This document shows positions 61,135 to 64,000 of a stretch of DNA of 64,000 nucleotides, piece after piece (position 1 is the first letter of the stretch; each line of letters begins with the position of its first letter). A model generated the notes under the pieces. That model had not been told where the DNA came from, did not search any database, and was given only the letters and a program-made list of their open reading frames with translations. This stretch comes from Marispirochaeta sp. (GTDB lineage Bacteria; Spirochaetota; Spirochaetia; JC444; Marispirochaetaceae): assembly GCA_963676835.2 (NCBI GenBank), contig CAXXFF010000003.1, forward strand, positions 320,001 to 384,000, given 5' to 3'. Both the position numbers and the translations under genes were made by a program.

Positions 61135-61544
61135 GAATCTGAACGGATATGCAGAAAGGTTAGAATCTTTCTTTCCATTGAAGCAAGCCCGTTTCTTCTT
61201 CCCGGAGTGAGGTGTTCCGCAAGCCCCATCTCCATGAAGATTTCTGAAGCTTCAGGGGGGAGCGGATCACCTGGCTTGAAGCCTTCATAAAGAGCAGCAA
61301 GCACTGCTGCCAGCCCTTTTACCAGTGCAGAATCACTGTCCACCAGAATCCTGAGAGAGGAGTCTCTGCCGGTCCAATCCGGAACCAGCCACACCTGGCT
61401 CATACATCCCTTTACCTTGTTACTGTCTATTCTCAATTCTTCAGGATAATCGGGCAGTTCCCGGCCGAGATCCATAATATATTCAAAACGATCTTCCCAG
61501 GCCTGAAGAAAGGCGAGATCATCTTTTATCTGCTGGATATTCAT
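61131..61544 (-). CDS. sufE: SufE family sulfur acceptor
   Basis: WEDRFEYIMDLGRELP, VKGCMSQVW, DSDSALVKGL and LTPGRRNGL. Confidence 0.9.
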   Translation of the reverse strand: MNIQQIKDDLAFLQAWEDRFEYIMDLGRELPDYPEELRIDSNKVKGCMSQVWLVPDWTGRDSSLRILVDSDSALVKGLAAVLAALYEGFKPGDPLPPEASEIFMEMGLAEHLTPGRRNGLASMERKILTFLHIRSDS

Positions 61545-61550
61545 ATACTG

Positions 61551-61988
61551 CTATTTCCCGCAAGTAAGACTGTTCAGTCTTTCGTTCAGTTCCGGATTTT
61601 CTTTTTTCAGATCCATGATTTTTTCCGTTAAACATTCCAGTTTGACAGCAATTTCCAGGGGCATGGAATGTTCTATCTTACAGGCTATTTCCTCTGCTGT
61701 CTCTGAATCCACATCCAGCATGTTATGCAGAAAAGTATGAATTATACGGTGTTTATTATATACAGAGCTTGCAGCCTTCATGCCCGATGCAGTAAGGGTT
61801 ATAAATGAGTTTTTTTCGTAGTCCACCAGCCCTCTCTCCCGTAAATTCCTGACAGCACCGGTAACCGAGGGCATTTGTACATTCAAATGTTCAGCTATAT
61901 CCTTTACCCGGGCCACACGGTTTTTCCGTTCCAGATAGTAGATAGCCTCAAGATAGTCTTCCAGACTCTGACTCAGTTGATTTCCCAT
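61551..61988 (-). CDS. DtxR/MntR-family metal-dependent regulator
   Basis: SLEDYLEAIY, ARVKDIA, PSVT, KHR and ACKIEH. Confidence 0.92.
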   Translation of the reverse strand: MGNQLSQSLEDYLEAIYYLERKNRVARVKDIAEHLNVQMPSVTGAVRNLRERGLVDYEKNSFITLTASGMKAASSVYNKHRIIHTFLHNMLDVDSETAEEIACKIEHSMPLEIAVKLECLTEKIMDLKKENPELNERLNSLTCGK

Positions 61989-62024
61989 TAAAGTTAGAAT
62001 ACCCTAATAAAGATAGGGAATCAA
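61989..62024 (-). promoter_or_regulatory. Leaderless promoter with an overlapping DtxR-type operator
   Basis: Minus strand reads TTGATT-N17-TATTCT-N7-ATG. TTAG-N6-CTAA at 61994-62007 covers the -10. Confidence 0.6.
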
Positions 62025-62130
62025 GATTAATATGAATGGCATTATTCTGTCAGCCGGCGGCCGATTGCTTGACCTGTCTTCCAAAACCACGTACTGTGAA
62101 GCATATCTGCAGTCGTTAACGGGATGAGGA

Positions 62131-62700
62131 ATGGCAGCACGGAGCAAGAATAAAGGAATTGATAACAGAGATAATATTCTGAAGAATGCCCGCCGGATTC
62201 TTCAGAAAAAAGGCGGTCAGAACACAAGCCTTGCTGACATAGCCAAAGCAGCCGGCATAAGCAAAGGTACCCTCTATTACTACTACTCCTCCAAAGCCGA
62301 TCTCATCTACGATATTACCCAGGAACACATGAAGTCCATAACTGGTATGCTGTTGAAAACAGTTGAAGATAAGGCAGACACCGGCGATGCCGCCGCCATT
62401 ATGACCATCGTATATGAAACTATCATCAAGGCGGAAGCACGAGGTCGCCTTCACCTCTACCTTTTACAGGAAGCAGTCCTTGGTAACGCTGAGCTTCAGA
62501 AAAAGTTTCAGGAAGCATACGGCGAATGGCTGGAGATGATAACCACAGGATTAAAAAAGGTGCTTAAAGAAAGAACCGATGTGGATATGCTGGCCCATGT
62601 CTTTCTTACCAGTCTCACCGGCGGGATAATACAGCAGCTTATCGGAAACAAAAATCTTCCCCTGCAAAACATGGCCCATTGGCTAACCCATAGAGAATAG
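62131..62700 (+). CDS. TetR/AcrR family regulator
   Basis: HTH TSLADIAKAAGISKGTLYYYYSSK. Confidence 0.9.
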   Translation: MAARSKNKGIDNRDNILKNARRILQKKGGQNTSLADIAKAAGISKGTLYYYYSSKADLIYDITQEHMKSITGMLLKTVEDKADTGDAAAIMTIVYETIIKAEARGRLHLYLLQEAVLGNAELQKKFQEAYGEWLEMITTGLKKVLKERTDVDMLAHVFLTSLTGGIIQQLIGNKNLPLQNMAHWLTHRE

Positions 62701-62770
62701 ACCTTTTTTGTATTGGATATTGACTTTCGATGCACATCACTTTATAAATACTTAAGAGGCTTTAGTTATA

Positions 62771-63346
62771 ATGAATGACAACATACGCCATCGCTTTGGC
62801 GAAATCCTCAGAACTGTGCGCGAAAGACGGGGAATTACTCTAAAACAGGTTGCCGGAAAAATCGGCGTCAGTGAAAGCCTTATCTCCCAGATTGAACGCA
62901 ACAAGGTATCCCCTTCGGTGGATACCCTGATCAGCCTCGCGGATGTTCTGGAAATAGACCTTGAGTACCTTTTTAAAGACTACAAGCGCCGCAAAGGCGC
63001 CACAGTGGTAAAACCGGAAGATAGGATTACCAGGACATCCGGCGGAGTAAGCTATGAAAAGCTTACTATTATAGACGACCCCAGGGAGGAGTTTGCCGTT
63101 GAAGCCCTGATGCTCAGCCTTGATCCGGGATCTGAAAGGGGAGACAAGGAGTACGGCCACAGGGGAAAGGAACTTGGGGTGATTCTGGAAGGGGCAGGAC
63201 AGCTGGAGTACGGCGATAAGCAGTATGACCTCAGCCGGGGTGACTGTGTCTCTTTCGATTCGGACATTCCCCACACATTGAAAAACTGCGGCTCCGTTGC
63301 TATGAAAGCCGTATGGATTATAACACCACCAAAACATTCAGACTGA
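62771..63346 (+). CDS. XRE-family HTH + cupin regulator
   Basis: SLISQIERNKVSPS, HRGKELG and FDSDIPH. Confidence 0.9.
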   Translation: MNDNIRHRFGEILRTVRERRGITLKQVAGKIGVSESLISQIERNKVSPSVDTLISLADVLEIDLEYLFKDYKRRKGATVVKPEDRITRTSGGVSYEKLTIIDDPREEFAVEALMLSLDPGSERGDKEYGHRGKELGVILEGAGQLEYGDKQYDLSRGDCVSFDSDIPHTLKNCGSVAMKAVWIITPPKHSD

Positions 63347-63372
63347 AATCTGAAATATTTCAAGGAGAAAAT

Positions 63373-64000
63373 ATGGGACAGACAACAGCACAGAAGATCT
63401 TTGCTTCTCACAAAGTTGACCAGCCGGAACCCGGCCGTTATGTTCTTAATCTCGACGCAGTATTCTGCCACGAGATAACCACCCCCGGCGCGATTCTGGA
63501 CCTGGAAAACAGGAAAAAAGACCGGGTATTCGACACCAGCAAGATCAAAGCAGTTATTGACCACGTTACCCCTGCAAAGGATTCAAAAACTGCATTGCAG
63601 GGAAAGATCCTGCGGGAATGGGCACGCCGGCATGATATCAAGGACTTTTTTGATATCGGTAAAAACGGTGTCTGCCACGCAATTTTCCCCGAACAGGGAT
63701 TTGTACGTCCAGGCTATACCATTATCATGGGTGATTCCCATACCTGTACCCACGGGGCTTTCGGTGCCTTTGCTGCCGGGGTTGGAACTACCGACCTGGA
63801 AGTTGGCATTCTCAAGGGAGTCTGTGTCTTTCGTGAACCGGAAACATTGAAGATTGAAGTAAAGGGAAGTCTTCAACCTGGTGTATATGCCAAGGATCTG
63901 ATCCTCAAGATAATCGGAACCATCGGCGTAAACGGCGCAACCGACAAGGTTATAGAATTCCACGGGGATGCCATAACCAGGATGAGCATGGAAAGCCGGA
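63373..64000 (+). CDS. leuC: 3-isopropylmalate dehydratase large subunit (aconitase family), truncated by the window end
   Basis: Read directly, not in the ORF track: MGQTTAQKIF, HEITTP, VIDHVTP, GVCH, GDSHTCTHGAFG and AKDLIL. SD AAGGAG. Confidence 0.88.
   Translation, partial: MGQTTAQKIFASHKVDQPEPGRYVLNLDAVFCHEITTPGAILDLENRKKDRVFDTSKIKAVIDHVTPAKDSKTALQGKILREWARRHDIKDFFDIGKNGVCHAIFPEQGFVRPGYTIIMGDSHTCTHGAFGAFAAGVGTTDLEVGILKGVCVFREPETLKIEVKGSLQPGVYAKDLILKIIGTIGVNGATDKVIEFHGDAITRMSMESR

Noticed and set aside
1..64000. CRISPR array, rRNA, prophage or recognised defence system
   Set aside because: I saw no regularly spaced repeats, rRNA-like stretch, phage structural genes or defence gene sets.

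Overview
This window is chromosomal DNA from a free-living Spirochaetales bacterium, judged from two FlaA sheath proteins, two FlaB core flagellins and a PlzA-like PilZ protein. It is densely coding, with about 60 CDS and one tRNA-Leu(TAA), and I saw no CRISPR array, rRNA or prophage. In order it holds: (1) the end of an FAD-oxidoreductase/TRAP locus; (2) a REC-HD-GYP regulator with a large hybrid kinase; (3) an operon led by a GTDC1/QTMAN-like glycosyltransferase and an RNA m5C methyltransferase, followed by a UvrD-type helicase; (4) a kinase-free catabolic cluster of split transketolase, SDR, TRAP and 2-hydroxyacid dehydrogenase; (5) an AT-rich islet beside tRNA-Leu with a RAYT-type transposase carrying an internal REP-like palindrome; (6) flaA-flaA-ompA, fba and infC-rpmI-rplT-zapB-zapA-plzA; (7) a flagellar region (flaB, flaB, flaG, fliD, PilZ brake, tsaE, tsaB, HD-GYP, opposed by flgN-flgK-flgL-fliW-csrA); (8) trxB-nagZ-GNAT, glgA, mrfAB-like genes, glgC, small regulators, ComFB, SufE and the start of leuC. 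The best leads are the queuosine-mannosyltransferase homologue coupled to an m5C methyltransferase, the kinase-free transketolase pathway, a branched RNA structure between the flagellin genes, and about ten genes that appear to be transcribed leaderless. All calls come from motif recognition by eye; no database searches were run.
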